Shown piece by piece: positions 1 to 8,825 of a stretch of 53,865 nt of DNA. The DNA is from an uncultured Gammaproteobacteria bacterium (GTDB lineage: Bacteria; Patescibacteriota; Microgenomatia; Daviesbacterales; UBA10151): the NCBI GenBank assembly GCA_964504665.1, contig CAZDEH010000006.1, positions 1 through 53,865 of the forward strand. The letters are read 5' to 3'. The notes under the pieces were generated by a model that worked only from the letters and a program-made list of their open reading frames with translations, was not told where the DNA came from and did no database searches. Each line of letters starts with the position of its first letter. Position 1 is the stretch's first letter. A program made the translations under genes and the position numbers.

Positions 1-744
1 GCTATTACTAAAAAAACAAAAGCTATTTTACCTGTTCACCTTTATGGTCAAGCAGTAGATCTAGATAAAATCATAACCATCTGCAGAAAACATAAATTAT
101 TTTTAATTGAAGATGCTTGCCAAGCTCATGGGTCAACATATCAAAATAAGAAACTTGGAACTTTTGGGACATTTGGTTGTTTTAGCTTTTATCCAACTAA
201 AAATTTAGGAGCATTTGGAGATGGAGGGGCGATAGTGACTGATAATATAAAGTTTGCAAAAGCTTGTCGAGAAATTAGAGATTATGGTCAGGTTAGCAAG
301 TATCAACACGGAAGGTATGGGTTAAATAGTAGACTAGATGAAGTTCAGGCAGCTGTACTTAGAATTAAGCTTAAATATCTTGATCAAAATAATAAATCAA
401 GAAGAATTAATGTGGGAACCTACATAGAAAATCTCACAAATATCCCAGAAATAGAGATGCTGAATACATGTTTATTAAACGATAACAACTATCATTTATT
501 TGTTATTAAGACTAAAAAAAGAGATAGACTGCAACAGTTTTTACAAAAATCAGAAATTGAAACATTAATACACTATCCCTTAATTATTCCTGAACAACCT
601 TTTTTAAAAAAGATGTATCATATGGAAAAATTTTATATTGCAAGAAAGTTTGTTGGTGAAATACTGTCTTTGCCTTGCTCGCCACAACTTAATAAAACTC
701 AAATAATTTATATATGCCAGCAAATTAAATATTTTTTAGGATGA
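1..744 (+). CDS. DegT/DnrJ/EryC1/StrS-family PLP-dependent sugar aminotransferase, C-terminal part (5' end lies off-window)
   Basis: Frame 1 is open from base 1 and continuous with the listed ORF 235..744. It translates AITKKTKAILPVHLYGQAVDLDKI..LIEDACQAHGS..FSFYPTKNLGAFGDGGAIVT. These are the typical DegT-family motifs, including the SF.P.K PLP-lysine segment. Confidence 0.85.
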   Translation, partial: AITKKTKAILPVHLYGQAVDLDKIITICRKHKLFLIEDACQAHGSTYQNKKLGTFGTFGCFSFYPTKNLGAFGDGGAIVTDNIKFAKACREIRDYGQVSKYQHGRYGLNSRLDEVQAAVLRIKLKYLDQNNKSRRINVGTYIENLTNIPEIEMLNTCLLNDNNYHLFVIKTKKRDRLQQFLQKSEIETLIHYPLIIPEQPFLKKMYHMEKFYIARKFVGEILSLPCSPQLNKTQIIYICQQIKYFLG

Positions 745-822
745 TTATAAAAAAAGTAAAAAACCCGTAGACTTTTAAGAGTCGGATGAGTATAATGCCT
801 CTTAAGGTATCTTAAAACACTA

Positions 823-2763
823 ATGCTAGAAACATTTGTCAAACGAGGAGCTCGTTACTTTGTAAATCAATTAGATCGGATATTACCAGCCAGTTACTAT
901 ACTCTTATTGAATTAAAAGAAAGAATAAAACATTTTCAAATAAAAAAAATTGCTATTTTAACAGACGGCAAGACAGATATAAGAATATTACATGAATTAA
1001 AAAACATAGCAATTATTGGAATCTATAGTTTTAATTTAGACATTATTGATACCGTTATTAATGGATTTAGAGTTAACCCGTTGCTGCCTGGTTCTCCGAT
1101 TAAAACAGATGGTTGGTTAGTAAGCTCTCTTAACGAGCTGACCTTGTTTTCTCTTAATCAATATTTGCTTGATAATAAAAAAGAAAACCAAATCGTTCTT
1201 CAGCATGTTAAATACTTAAATGGAACAAAATATTATTCATACGTTGATTTCTTTAATAAAGATCAAAAGACAATTGTCCAAATAAATAATTATCTTAGGC
1301 ATTGCTATGCCATGCCATTTCCTTTAGACCTACGTCTAACTTTTCGGGATTGTCAGGGGACTATTGTAAAAAGTACTCAAATTATTATGCCAGCGGATAC
1401 AATCAGAATAATTTCAAGTGAAGATGTACCAATTAAAGATTTTATAGGCTATATGGAACTGGAATTTGAGATACCTAAAAAAATAACCCCCTTTTTACAT
1501 TATATGGTTGATTATATATCGAGTGATTTTATTAGTAGTAACCATCAATCAGGATTAGGGTTACACCCGGCTTTTGCTTCTTTTACCAGAGGTTATATTC
1601 CAACTGAAGAAGATGATTCTTTGGAAGTTTGCCTTTTTCAGCGCAATTATTCAGAACCAGTACAGATAAAAGCTATTTTGAACTATTTTGAAAATGGTGA
1701 AAAAGTAAGTTCAGAAAAAACTTTAAAACCTCTTAAGAAAAATCAAATGGTCTATCAAGATATTAAACAACTTTTTAATCAAGTTGATTTTACAAAAGTA
1801 TCCTCACCTTATGTTGTAGTTTCTTCTGAGGTGCCTTTACATAGGCCTAACTATTATTATTCCAGGAAAGGTAAAGTCGGATATTATGATACTTCCCATG
1901 CCGGTCCTGATTTAAGTAATTATGTTAAAGATGTTTATGGTGGTATTCCAACAGTTACCAATCGGGAAAAATCAGAATTGCATAAATATCACTGTGTTGA
2001 GACAGATTTAAAGCATTATATACTCCCACCAGAATTTAATATAGAATCTATTATTGCTTTGGGGAATGATACAACATTTAATCTAAAAAACTTTACCCTT
2101 GATTTTTATAATACTGAGGGAAAGTTAATGTATTCTTTTGAAAAAGATTTTGACTATGATAAAGAAAGGTATTTTAATATTAGTAGTTTTCTTCAAGAAA
2201 AGAGGGTAAAGAACTTTGCAGGAACTTGTTCATTTAGACCTCCTAAAAAAAATTCTGATATCCCAATACTTACCAATGGTATAGCTGGGTATAAAAATAA
2301 AAATAATCCATATCTTTCCAGCACTGCAGCTACAGGGTCAGAGCCTTCTAATATCCCATTTTACTTTCGAGGAGGTCCTCCTAATTACATAGGAGGTAAG
2401 TGTGCTGCTGGAGTCATAGATATGTTTGCCAGAGGAATTTCATCTGACATATATGATACTTATTATATAATTTCTTATCTTTGTGCAGATAAAAGTCTAA
2501 AAAAGAAGATTAAATTGGAAATACAAATTATAAATGTAGATGGTGAGAAAAAGAATCTGTATAAAGAAATTTCTGCTCATGGCTCCTTGTTTTTAAAGCT
2601 TTCCGATCTAATAAAAGAGACCAATCATAATTCACCAGGCGGTTATTTCACAGTCTGGTTCTTCTCTGGAGACGCATATCTATATGGGCAGCATATTTTA
2701 TTGCGGAAAAAAGATAATGCTATAGCTCTCGAACACTGCTTCGTAGGAAAGTTTGGATTGTAG
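823..2763 (+). CDS. Uncharacterised 646-aa soluble protein; no family recognised. It has a possible N-terminal Rossmann-like segment followed by repeated beta-rich modules.
   Basis: Long intact ORF with an ATG start and no predicted TM helices. It is co-directional with the next gene and only 28 nt upstream of it. Similar segments recur at roughly aa 170-245 (LRLTFRDCQGTIVKS..GYMELEFEIP..FLHYMVDYISSDFISSNHQSG), roughly aa 430-475 (FTLDFYNTEGKLMYS..) and roughly aa 560-640 (LEIQIINVDGEKKNL..GYFTVWFFSG..YLYGQHILLRKKDNAIALEHCFVG). Confidence 0.5.
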   Translation: MLETFVKRGARYFVNQLDRILPASYYTLIELKERIKHFQIKKIAILTDGKTDIRILHELKNIAIIGIYSFNLDIIDTVINGFRVNPLLPGSPIKTDGWLVSSLNELTLFSLNQYLLDNKKENQIVLQHVKYLNGTKYYSYVDFFNKDQKTIVQINNYLRHCYAMPFPLDLRLTFRDCQGTIVKSTQIIMPADTIRIISSEDVPIKDFIGYMELEFEIPKKITPFLHYMVDYISSDFISSNHQSGLGLHPAFASFTRGYIPTEEDDSLEVCLFQRNYSEPVQIKAILNYFENGEKVSSEKTLKPLKKNQMVYQDIKQLFNQVDFTKVSSPYVVVSSEVPLHRPNYYYSRKGKVGYYDTSHAGPDLSNYVKDVYGGIPTVTNREKSELHKYHCVETDLKHYILPPEFNIESIIALGNDTTFNLKNFTLDFYNTEGKLMYSFEKDFDYDKERYFNISSFLQEKRVKNFAGTCSFRPPKKNSDIPILTNGIAGYKNKNNPYLSSTAATGSEPSNIPFYFRGGPPNYIGGKCAAGVIDMFARGISSDIYDTYYIISYLCADKSLKKKIKLEIQIINVDGEKKNLYKEISAHGSLFLKLSDLIKETNHNSPGGYFTVWFFSGDAYLYGQHILLRKKDNAIALEHCFVGKFGL

Positions 2764-2791
2764 TCTAAAAATTGTTCCTAAATTAGATTAA

Positions 2792-3973
2792 ATGATAAAA
2801 AGACATAATTTTAGTAAATTTATAGCTGCTTCTTCCTTTACGACTTCAGATGCGCATAATGAATTTTTTTTAACTATTAACGTTCCTTCTAACACTTCTT
2901 TTACTAAAGCACTAGATAATTTATATAGTAATTATACAAAAGCTTTAAAAAAATTAGAACTGAATGTTACTACACAAGTATTTTGTAGATTTTATTTAAG
3001 CGATATATCTAATCAAAAAAGTTCTTTACTCTCCTCAAAAATATATAAATTTTGTCAAAACGGGGCTTATTCTGTAATCCAGCAATGTCCCTTGGGTGTA
3101 GGTAGTGTTTCATTATTAGCCTATCATATTTCACCAAAGACAAAACGCAAGAGTAAAAAAGTATTGCGGTTTGATGATGAAGAATGGAGAAATGGGGTAA
3201 AAGTAGAAGGAATAAACTACGATATTTTTTGTACTGCTAATTTTTCAGGATTTGGATCCTTAGACTCCTTTGAGCAAACTAATGAGATTTTTGATTCTTA
3301 TAACTCTTTTCTCAACAGTAATGATATGACTTTGATAAAAAATGTTGTTAGAACTTGGCTCTATATTAGGGATATAGATAATCATTATTCTGGAATGGTA
3401 GATAGCAGGAGAGAGTATTTTACAGAGCAAGGATTAACTAAAGAGACCAGATTTATAGCAAGTACAGGGATTGAGGGAAAATCGAAAGAAGTAAATTCAC
3501 TTGTTTCAATGGACGCTTTAGCTTTGACCAGACTAAATCCAAGTCAAATTATTCGGATGGAGGCACTTGAAAATTTAAACCCCACTCATGAATACGGTGT
3601 AACTTTCGAAAGAGGTGCAAGAATTGAGTTTGGTGACCGTTCTCATCTTTTTATTTCCGGAACTGCCAGTATTGATAAACATGGTCAAGTTACAAACACT
3701 AGCGATATTAGAAAACAAGCAAAAAGAGTTTTGGAAAACATTGAAGCTCTTTTAAGACCCCATAAAGCTGGTTTAAAAGATATGGCTTATTTTATAGTTT
3801 ATTTCCGTAATATTACAGAAATAGAAAAAGTGAAAGAAGTTCTTGCCCAAGAAAAACTAAACGATATTCCTACTATTTTCGTTGAAGGTTCTGTGTGTAG
3901 ACCCACTTGGCTTGTAGAAATGGAAGGAATTGGCATAATACCTGAAAATAACTCTTGGCCAAAATTTGCTTAA
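2792..3973 (+). CDS. Chorismatase candidate (FkbO/Hyg5/XanB2 family, YjgF/RidA-like fold)
   Basis: 393 aa, too long for a plain RidA (about 125 aa). The C-terminal half carries chorismatase-like motifs: VVRTWLYIRDID..Y..M...RREYF, HLFISGTASIDKHGQV....DIRKQAKRVLENIEALL and VCRPTWLVEMEGIG. It lies 6 nt upstream of aroA in the same operon as aroC. Confidence 0.62.
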   Translation: MIKRHNFSKFIAASSFTTSDAHNEFFLTINVPSNTSFTKALDNLYSNYTKALKKLELNVTTQVFCRFYLSDISNQKSSLLSSKIYKFCQNGAYSVIQQCPLGVGSVSLLAYHISPKTKRKSKKVLRFDDEEWRNGVKVEGINYDIFCTANFSGFGSLDSFEQTNEIFDSYNSFLNSNDMTLIKNVVRTWLYIRDIDNHYSGMVDSRREYFTEQGLTKETRFIASTGIEGKSKEVNSLVSMDALALTRLNPSQIIRMEALENLNPTHEYGVTFERGARIEFGDRSHLFISGTASIDKHGQVTNTSDIRKQAKRVLENIEALLRPHKAGLKDMAYFIVYFRNITEIEKVKEVLAQEKLNDIPTIFVEGSVCRPTWLVEMEGIGIIPENNSWPKFA

Positions 3974-3979
3974 CAAATA

Positions 3980-5257
3980 ATGAATACGAAAAAGATTAAT
4001 CCTCTTGTTAAGCCTGTTCAAATAACTATTACAATTCCAGGATCGAAGAGCTATTCTAACAGAGCTTTACTAATGGCATCTTTAACCAAAAACCCTGTAA
4101 GAATAAATAACCTATTAGAGTGTGATGATACAAAAGCAATGATTAATTGCTTAAAGACTTTAGAAATAAATATTCAAAAAAAGGGGAATAAAATTAATGT
4201 TTTGGGAAGTATTGATGATGTTGTAGATCAAAAATATAATCTGAACGCAAATCTATCAGGTACAGCTATTCGATTTATTTTAGCTTTATGCTGTGTCATT
4301 CCAGGAATAAAGATATTACAGGGTCAGGAGGGATTAAATAACAGACCAATTGGAGATTTAGTAGATGCTTTATCCCAGCTTGGTGCTAAAATTGAATATT
4401 TAGATAAAGTTGGATTTCCTCCTATAAAAATTACAAGTTCAAAACTTAATCCAAGTAAAGTAAGTATAAAGGGGGGAGTCAGTAGCCAATTTCTCTCAGC
4501 TCTTTTAATGATATTACCTATTATTGGAAATACGACAGTTAATGTGATTGGTGAGCAAGTATCTAAATCTTATATTGATATGACAATTAGTTCTATGGAA
4601 AAATTCGGAGTTAAAATTACCAACAAAAAATATAAAGAATATCAAATGCCTGAAGGTCAGAAGTACAACATAAAAGAATATAGTGTTGAAGGGGACTATT
4701 CGGGAGCAGGGTATTTTGCTGCGATTGCTGTTTTAACTCAATCTAAAATTACACTTAAAAACTTGAACCCACAATCAATTCAAGGGGATAAAGAATTTTT
4801 AGAGTTTTTAAAACAGATGGGTAACAAAATAATTTTTGGGGATAACGAAGTAACTGTTATTGGAAAATGTGTTAAACCTATAAAGATAAATATGAAAAAT
4901 TGTCCTGATCAAGCTCAAACATTAGCAGTACTGGCTGCTTTTGCCAAAGGTATTACCCTTATTAAGGGTGTTAGGTCGTTAAGGGTTAAGGAGACGGAAA
5001 GGGTGAAAGCTCTGGAACAGGAATTAGCTAAAATGGGTATAAAAACTAAATCAAGTGTGGATACCTTAACGATCTATGGAGGAAATCCAAAAGCTGCAAG
5101 AATTGATACTTATGGTGATCATAGAATGGCGATGTCTTTTGCAGTTGCAGGAACAAAATTGAAAGGAATGGAAATTAATAATCCAGAGGTTGTTTCGAAA
5201 ACTTTTCCAGATTTCTGGGAAAAAATAGAACAAATTGGAGTCCAGCTTATAAAATGA
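3980..5257 (+). CDS. aroA: 3-phosphoshikimate 1-carboxyvinyltransferase (EPSP synthase)
   Basis: Motifs IPGSKSYSNRALLMASL, NLSGTAIRF, NNRPIGDLVDALSQLGAKI, SSQFLSALLMILP, CPDQAQTLAVLAAFA, LRVKETERV, GDHRMAMSFAVAG and VSKTFPDFW. Confidence 0.93.
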   Translation: MNTKKINPLVKPVQITITIPGSKSYSNRALLMASLTKNPVRINNLLECDDTKAMINCLKTLEINIQKKGNKINVLGSIDDVVDQKYNLNANLSGTAIRFILALCCVIPGIKILQGQEGLNNRPIGDLVDALSQLGAKIEYLDKVGFPPIKITSSKLNPSKVSIKGGVSSQFLSALLMILPIIGNTTVNVIGEQVSKSYIDMTISSMEKFGVKITNKKYKEYQMPEGQKYNIKEYSVEGDYSGAGYFAAIAVLTQSKITLKNLNPQSIQGDKEFLEFLKQMGNKIIFGDNEVTVIGKCVKPIKINMKNCPDQAQTLAVLAAFAKGITLIKGVRSLRVKETERVKALEQELAKMGIKTKSSVDTLTIYGGNPKAARIDTYGDHRMAMSFAVAGTKLKGMEINNPEVVSKTFPDFWEKIEQIGVQLIK

Positions 5258-6123
5258 TTGATCGAACTCAAGAGCGTACTAAACCAATAATAGTTACCGG
5301 AAGAGAATATGAGACAGTATGGAAGGAGTTATATCTTACTGAAGCGAGTTTTAGAAAAGGAACGAAAGTTCTTTCTATTGGTGAAGGTTTGTCAGATTTT
5401 GCTCACTGTCTTCATCAACGCTTAGGTACTATTGCTACCCCCGTAGACCCTATTTATGCATGTGGTCCACAGTTATTTAATCATGATCCTCGAGTTGTTC
5501 ATGACGTTCTTCGTAGATCTTTAGGTGAACGATATAGTTTTAGTACTCTTGGGCTTAGAGATCCCTCAAGAGTACCACTTCCGGATCCAAGTACAGTTGT
5601 TACTGCAGATGTTTATCATACAAAATTTCCTGATAAATCAGTTGATATGGTGGTTGCTCATCAGCTTGCTGAGTATATTGATATTGATCAAGCTGTGCAA
5701 GAAATGCGAAGAATTGTGCGTCTAGATAATGGAGAAATTCGGTTTGGTGGGGTTCCAGTTTTTTCAATTCCTGAACAAAAAAGACTCCTAAGTTTTATTT
5801 GGAAACGTAACGAAGAAGAAGAGGGAGAACTTGAGCAGGAAGAAGCGCTGGATGGTTTAGAAGTTATGATGGAAAATTTACGGTCTAGATCAGATGCTTC
5901 ACTTTATGTTTTAGCAGATCATAAGCGGAGAGGTGGGGGAGGGTTTTTATTAAGCAGCCTAACTTTGACTCCGCTAATAATAATTAGATTTGATGATAGA
6001 AAACCCCTTATTAATAATCCAGAAGACCCTAGCCAAACTTTATATAAAGTAAACCTGATTCCCAGACAAGACGAAAACACTGAACCCCACTATTATTATG
6101 ATTTAGAGGAAATAGCAGTATGA
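5254..6123 (+). CDS. Hypothetical 289-aa protein with a weak class I SAM-methyltransferase-like layout (degenerate motif I)
   Basis: The ATG overlaps the aroA stop (ATGA at 5254-5257). VLSIGEGLSDF, PVDP and VDMVVAHQLAEYIDIDQAVQEMRRIVRLDNGEIRF resemble Methyltransf_11 motifs I, post-I and II/III. The C-terminal part has an acidic run (NEEEEGELEQEEALDG) and RRGGGGF. The gene is visibly more G+C-rich and less K/N/I-rich than its neighbours. Confidence 0.4.
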   Translation: MIDRTQERTKPIIVTGREYETVWKELYLTEASFRKGTKVLSIGEGLSDFAHCLHQRLGTIATPVDPIYACGPQLFNHDPRVVHDVLRRSLGERYSFSTLGLRDPSRVPLPDPSTVVTADVYHTKFPDKSVDMVVAHQLAEYIDIDQAVQEMRRIVRLDNGEIRFGGVPVFSIPEQKRLLSFIWKRNEEEEGELEQEEALDGLEVMMENLRSRSDASLYVLADHKRRGGGGFLLSSLTLTPLIIIRFDDRKPLINNPEDPSQTLYKVNLIPRQDENTEPHYYYDLEEIAV

Positions 6124-6172
6124 AAGAAAAAAATTGTTAGTTTCATAAAAATTAGAAGAATATTTTTCAAAT

Positions 6173-7258
6173 ATGGCGGGTAATTCTTTTGGACAACTAT
6201 TTAGAATAACTACTTTTGGAGAATCTCATGGAGGAGCAGTAGGAGTGGTTATTGATGGTTGTCCTCCAGGACTTAAGATTGATGAAAAATATATTCAAAA
6301 AGAACTAGATCGCAGACGTCCAGGGCAAAGCAAAATTACTACTTCTCGAAACGAAGAAGATAAAATAACTATCTATTCTGGAGTGTTTGAAGGTAAGACT
6401 ACTGGAACACCAATATTATTATTAGCTTCTAATAAGAACGCCAAACCAGAAGATTATCTTCATCTAAAAGACGTTTATCGACCTTCACATGCAGACTATA
6501 CATATGATATGAAATATGGCTTTAGAGACTTTCAGGGAGGTGGTAGATCATCTGCTCGGGAAACACTGGCTAGGGTAGCAGCTGGTGCTATTTCTAAAAA
6601 ATATCTAAGCGAGAAACTAAAAATAGAAATCTTAAGTTGGGTAGAACAAGTAGGTGAAATTAAAGCAAGTGTTAATATGGATAAAGTTTCTATCCAAGAC
6701 GTAGAATCAAATATAGTTAGATGCCCGGATCAAAAAGCTGCTGGTAAGATGATAGATTTAATAGATTTTATCAAGCAAGAAGGAGATTCTATTGGAGGCA
6801 TAATTAAAGGTGTAATTAGAGGTGTACCGTCCGGATTAGGTGAACCTGTTTTTGATAAACTACATGCTGACTTGGGGAAAGCGATGCTCTCAATTAATGC
6901 AGCCAAAGGTTTTGAGATAGGCTTGGGTTTTGCCAGCGTGGGTATGAAAGGAAGTGAACATAATGATATTTTTTATACTGATAATAAAAAAAGAATCCGT
7001 ATAAAAACAAACAATGCAGGTGGAGTTTTAGGAGGAATTTCAACCGGTGAAACAATTTATTTCAGAGTAGTTTTTAAACCTGTTGCTACTATCAATCAAA
7101 TGCAAGTAACACTTAATAAACAAAAAAAAGAGGTTATTTTACAAGCTAAAGGAAGACATGATCCTTGCGTTTTGGCTAGAGCCGTACCTATCATTGATGC
7201 AATGGCTTCTTTGGTTGTAATGGATCATTATTTGAGACATAAGGCTCAAAATTTATAA
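6173..7258 (+). CDS. aroC: Chorismate synthase
   Basis: N-terminus [34 protein letters not shown], plus [39 protein letters not shown] and KGRHDPCV. Confidence 0.95.
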   Translation: MAGNSFGQLFRITTFGESHGGAVGVVIDGCPPGLKIDEKYIQKELDRRRPGQSKITTSRNEEDKITIYSGVFEGKTTGTPILLLASNKNAKPEDYLHLKDVYRPSHADYTYDMKYGFRDFQGGGRSSARETLARVAAGAISKKYLSEKLKIEILSWVEQVGEIKASVNMDKVSIQDVESNIVRCPDQKAAGKMIDLIDFIKQEGDSIGGIIKGVIRGVPSGLGEPVFDKLHADLGKAMLSINAAKGFEIGLGFASVGMKGSEHNDIFYTDNKKRIRIKTNNAGGVLGGISTGETIYFRVVFKPVATINQMQVTLNKQKKEVILQAKGRHDPCVLARAVPIIDAMASLVVMDHYLRHKAQNL

Positions 7259-7310
7259 GAAAAAATGTAGCAGCATTGCTATAAGTATCACTTTTATATA
7301 TATTTATTTC

Positions 7311-8276
7311 ATGTTTAACTTAAGAAAACCTAAAAAAGGACTTAGTGTTGTAATTAATACTAAAAATGAGGAACTTCATATCGAGGAATGCTTAAATTCT
7401 GTTAAGAATTGGGCAGATGAAATAGTTATTGTTGATATGTGTAGTACTGATAAAACAACAATAGTAGCTAAAGCTTTTGGGGCCAAAATTTATTCAGTAA
7501 AAGATCTTGGATGGGTTGAACCAGTAAGAAACTGGTCTTTTAATAAAGCAAACTATGAATGGGTATTTAGTTTAGATGCTGATGAAAGAGTTCCTAAAAC
7601 ACTCCAAAACAAAATTGATGAAATTATTAAAGCTGATAACTGGGATGTTGTAAAAATACCTTGGAAGAATATTTTTTTCAATAAATGGATTCAACATGCT
7701 CTTTGGTGGCCAGATCACCATCCCAGGTTATTTAGAAAAGGTTATGTTAAATTAGAAAAAAGAATTCATCCTGAAGCAACCTGTAAAGGTAGGGTTTTAG
7801 AACTAGAAGCTAAAGAAAAATGGGCAGTAGTTCATTATAATGCTGAAAATATAAATGTATGGATGGAAAAAATAGATTTATATACCTCCCGTGAGAATTT
7901 TTATGATAAACAAAATAATATAACACCTCAACACATATTTCAGCGTTTTGACAGTGAGCTTGTAAGTAGATATTTTAATTCAAAAGGCTATTTAGATGGG
8001 GTTCATGGCTATGTATTAAGTAAGTTTATGGAATTTTATAGGTTTTTAGAATTTGCCAAATATTGGGAAAGAAAAGGGTACCCTGAATTATTTGGAAAAA
8101 ATAAACTAAAAAATGTTTATCAACGGCGATATAGCAGTTTGATCGAAACTCGTGTATTACAGGAGGAGCTGGAGGATTTAAGAGTAAACTTAGCTATTAT
8201 CACATCTTCTAAAATTTATAAAATATGGCAATATTATACTGGTTTAAAAAAAAGATTATTGAATATGTTTAATTAA
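7311..8276 (+). CDS. Family 2 glycosyltransferase (GT-A fold)
   Basis: LSVVINTKNEELHIEECLNSV..IVIVDMCSTDKTT...FSLDADERV, which is the typical GT2 nucleotide-sugar binding region and DxD motif. Confidence 0.8.
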   Translation: MFNLRKPKKGLSVVINTKNEELHIEECLNSVKNWADEIVIVDMCSTDKTTIVAKAFGAKIYSVKDLGWVEPVRNWSFNKANYEWVFSLDADERVPKTLQNKIDEIIKADNWDVVKIPWKNIFFNKWIQHALWWPDHHPRLFRKGYVKLEKRIHPEATCKGRVLELEAKEKWAVVHYNAENINVWMEKIDLYTSRENFYDKQNNITPQHIFQRFDSELVSRYFNSKGYLDGVHGYVLSKFMEFYRFLEFAKYWERKGYPELFGKNKLKNVYQRRYSSLIETRVLQEELEDLRVNLAIITSSKIYKIWQYYTGLKKRLLNMFN

Positions 8277-8281
8277 CTATT

Positions 8282-8821
8282 TCAGTCTTCAACACAAATA
8301 GTCTTTGGCTGCCCAATATAACCCCTTAAGACCACCATATTCATAAAATCATTATGATAAGATTTAGGTTTAAAACCATTAAAATCTTTGTTATTCCAAA
8401 CAGATCGATGTGCTTCAGTTGAGTGACCTCTCCAAGAATATTGAATGCATTGTGTGGGATAAACAACTATAATATATTTAGTTCTATAAATTAAATAATT
8501 AATAAGATTAATACCATCAGATTTATTAAGATGTTCAAGGCAATCACCTATAATTGCTAGTTCAGTTTGAAAATCAGGGTTGTGGTCTATAAAATGTTCG
8601 ATATACTCATGATAGACCTTCGAATAAAGGTCCTTTAATTTAAATTCTTTGATATATGATTTATCAGCCTCGATACCAATAATATTAGCATTAGGGTAAA
8701 TACTTCTGATAATTTTCCCATATTTACCTGCTCCTGATCCTATATCAAGATAATTTGCAAAACTATGTAGCTTAATAAATTTTTCAACAGCTTTATCAAA
8801 CCTGGAATCCGAATAAGGCAT
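8282..8821 (-). CDS. Small class I SAM-dependent methyltransferase
   Basis: 179 aa. Motif I is YLDIGSGAGKYGKII, followed by IIGIEAD and IIGDCLEHL. Confidence 0.7.
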   Translation of the reverse strand: MPYSDSRFDKAVEKFIKLHSFANYLDIGSGAGKYGKIIRSIYPNANIIGIEADKSYIKEFKLKDLYSKVYHEYIEHFIDHNPDFQTELAIIGDCLEHLNKSDGINLINYLIYRTKYIIVVYPTQCIQYSWRGHSTEAHRSVWNNKDFNGFKPKSYHNDFMNMVVLRGYIGQPKTICVED

Positions 8822-8825
8822 TTTT

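Noticed and set aside
770-815. Imperfect inverted repeat (TTAAGAG ... CTCTTAA) around a TATAAT-like hexamer between the aminotransferase gene and the 646-aa gene, considered as a terminator, attenuator or riboswitch
   Set aside because: The stem is only about 7 bp and AT-rich, the loop is about 20 nt, and no U-tract follows. The spacer (78 nt) is too short for a known riboswitch class.
3980-5257. Possibility that the enolpyruvyl transferase is MurA, which is missing from the dcw cluster, rather than AroA
   Set aside because: The motifs are AroA-specific (LPGSKS.SNRAL, SSQFLSALLM, KETER, DHRMAMSF). There is no MurA-type active-site Cys loop. The gene is also paired with chorismate synthase.
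5525-5725. 66-aa ORF on the + strand inside the 5254-6123 gene
   Set aside because: It sits in an alternative frame wholly nested in a longer, better-supported ORF. Its low-complexity L/I/Q-rich translation points to a shadow ORF.
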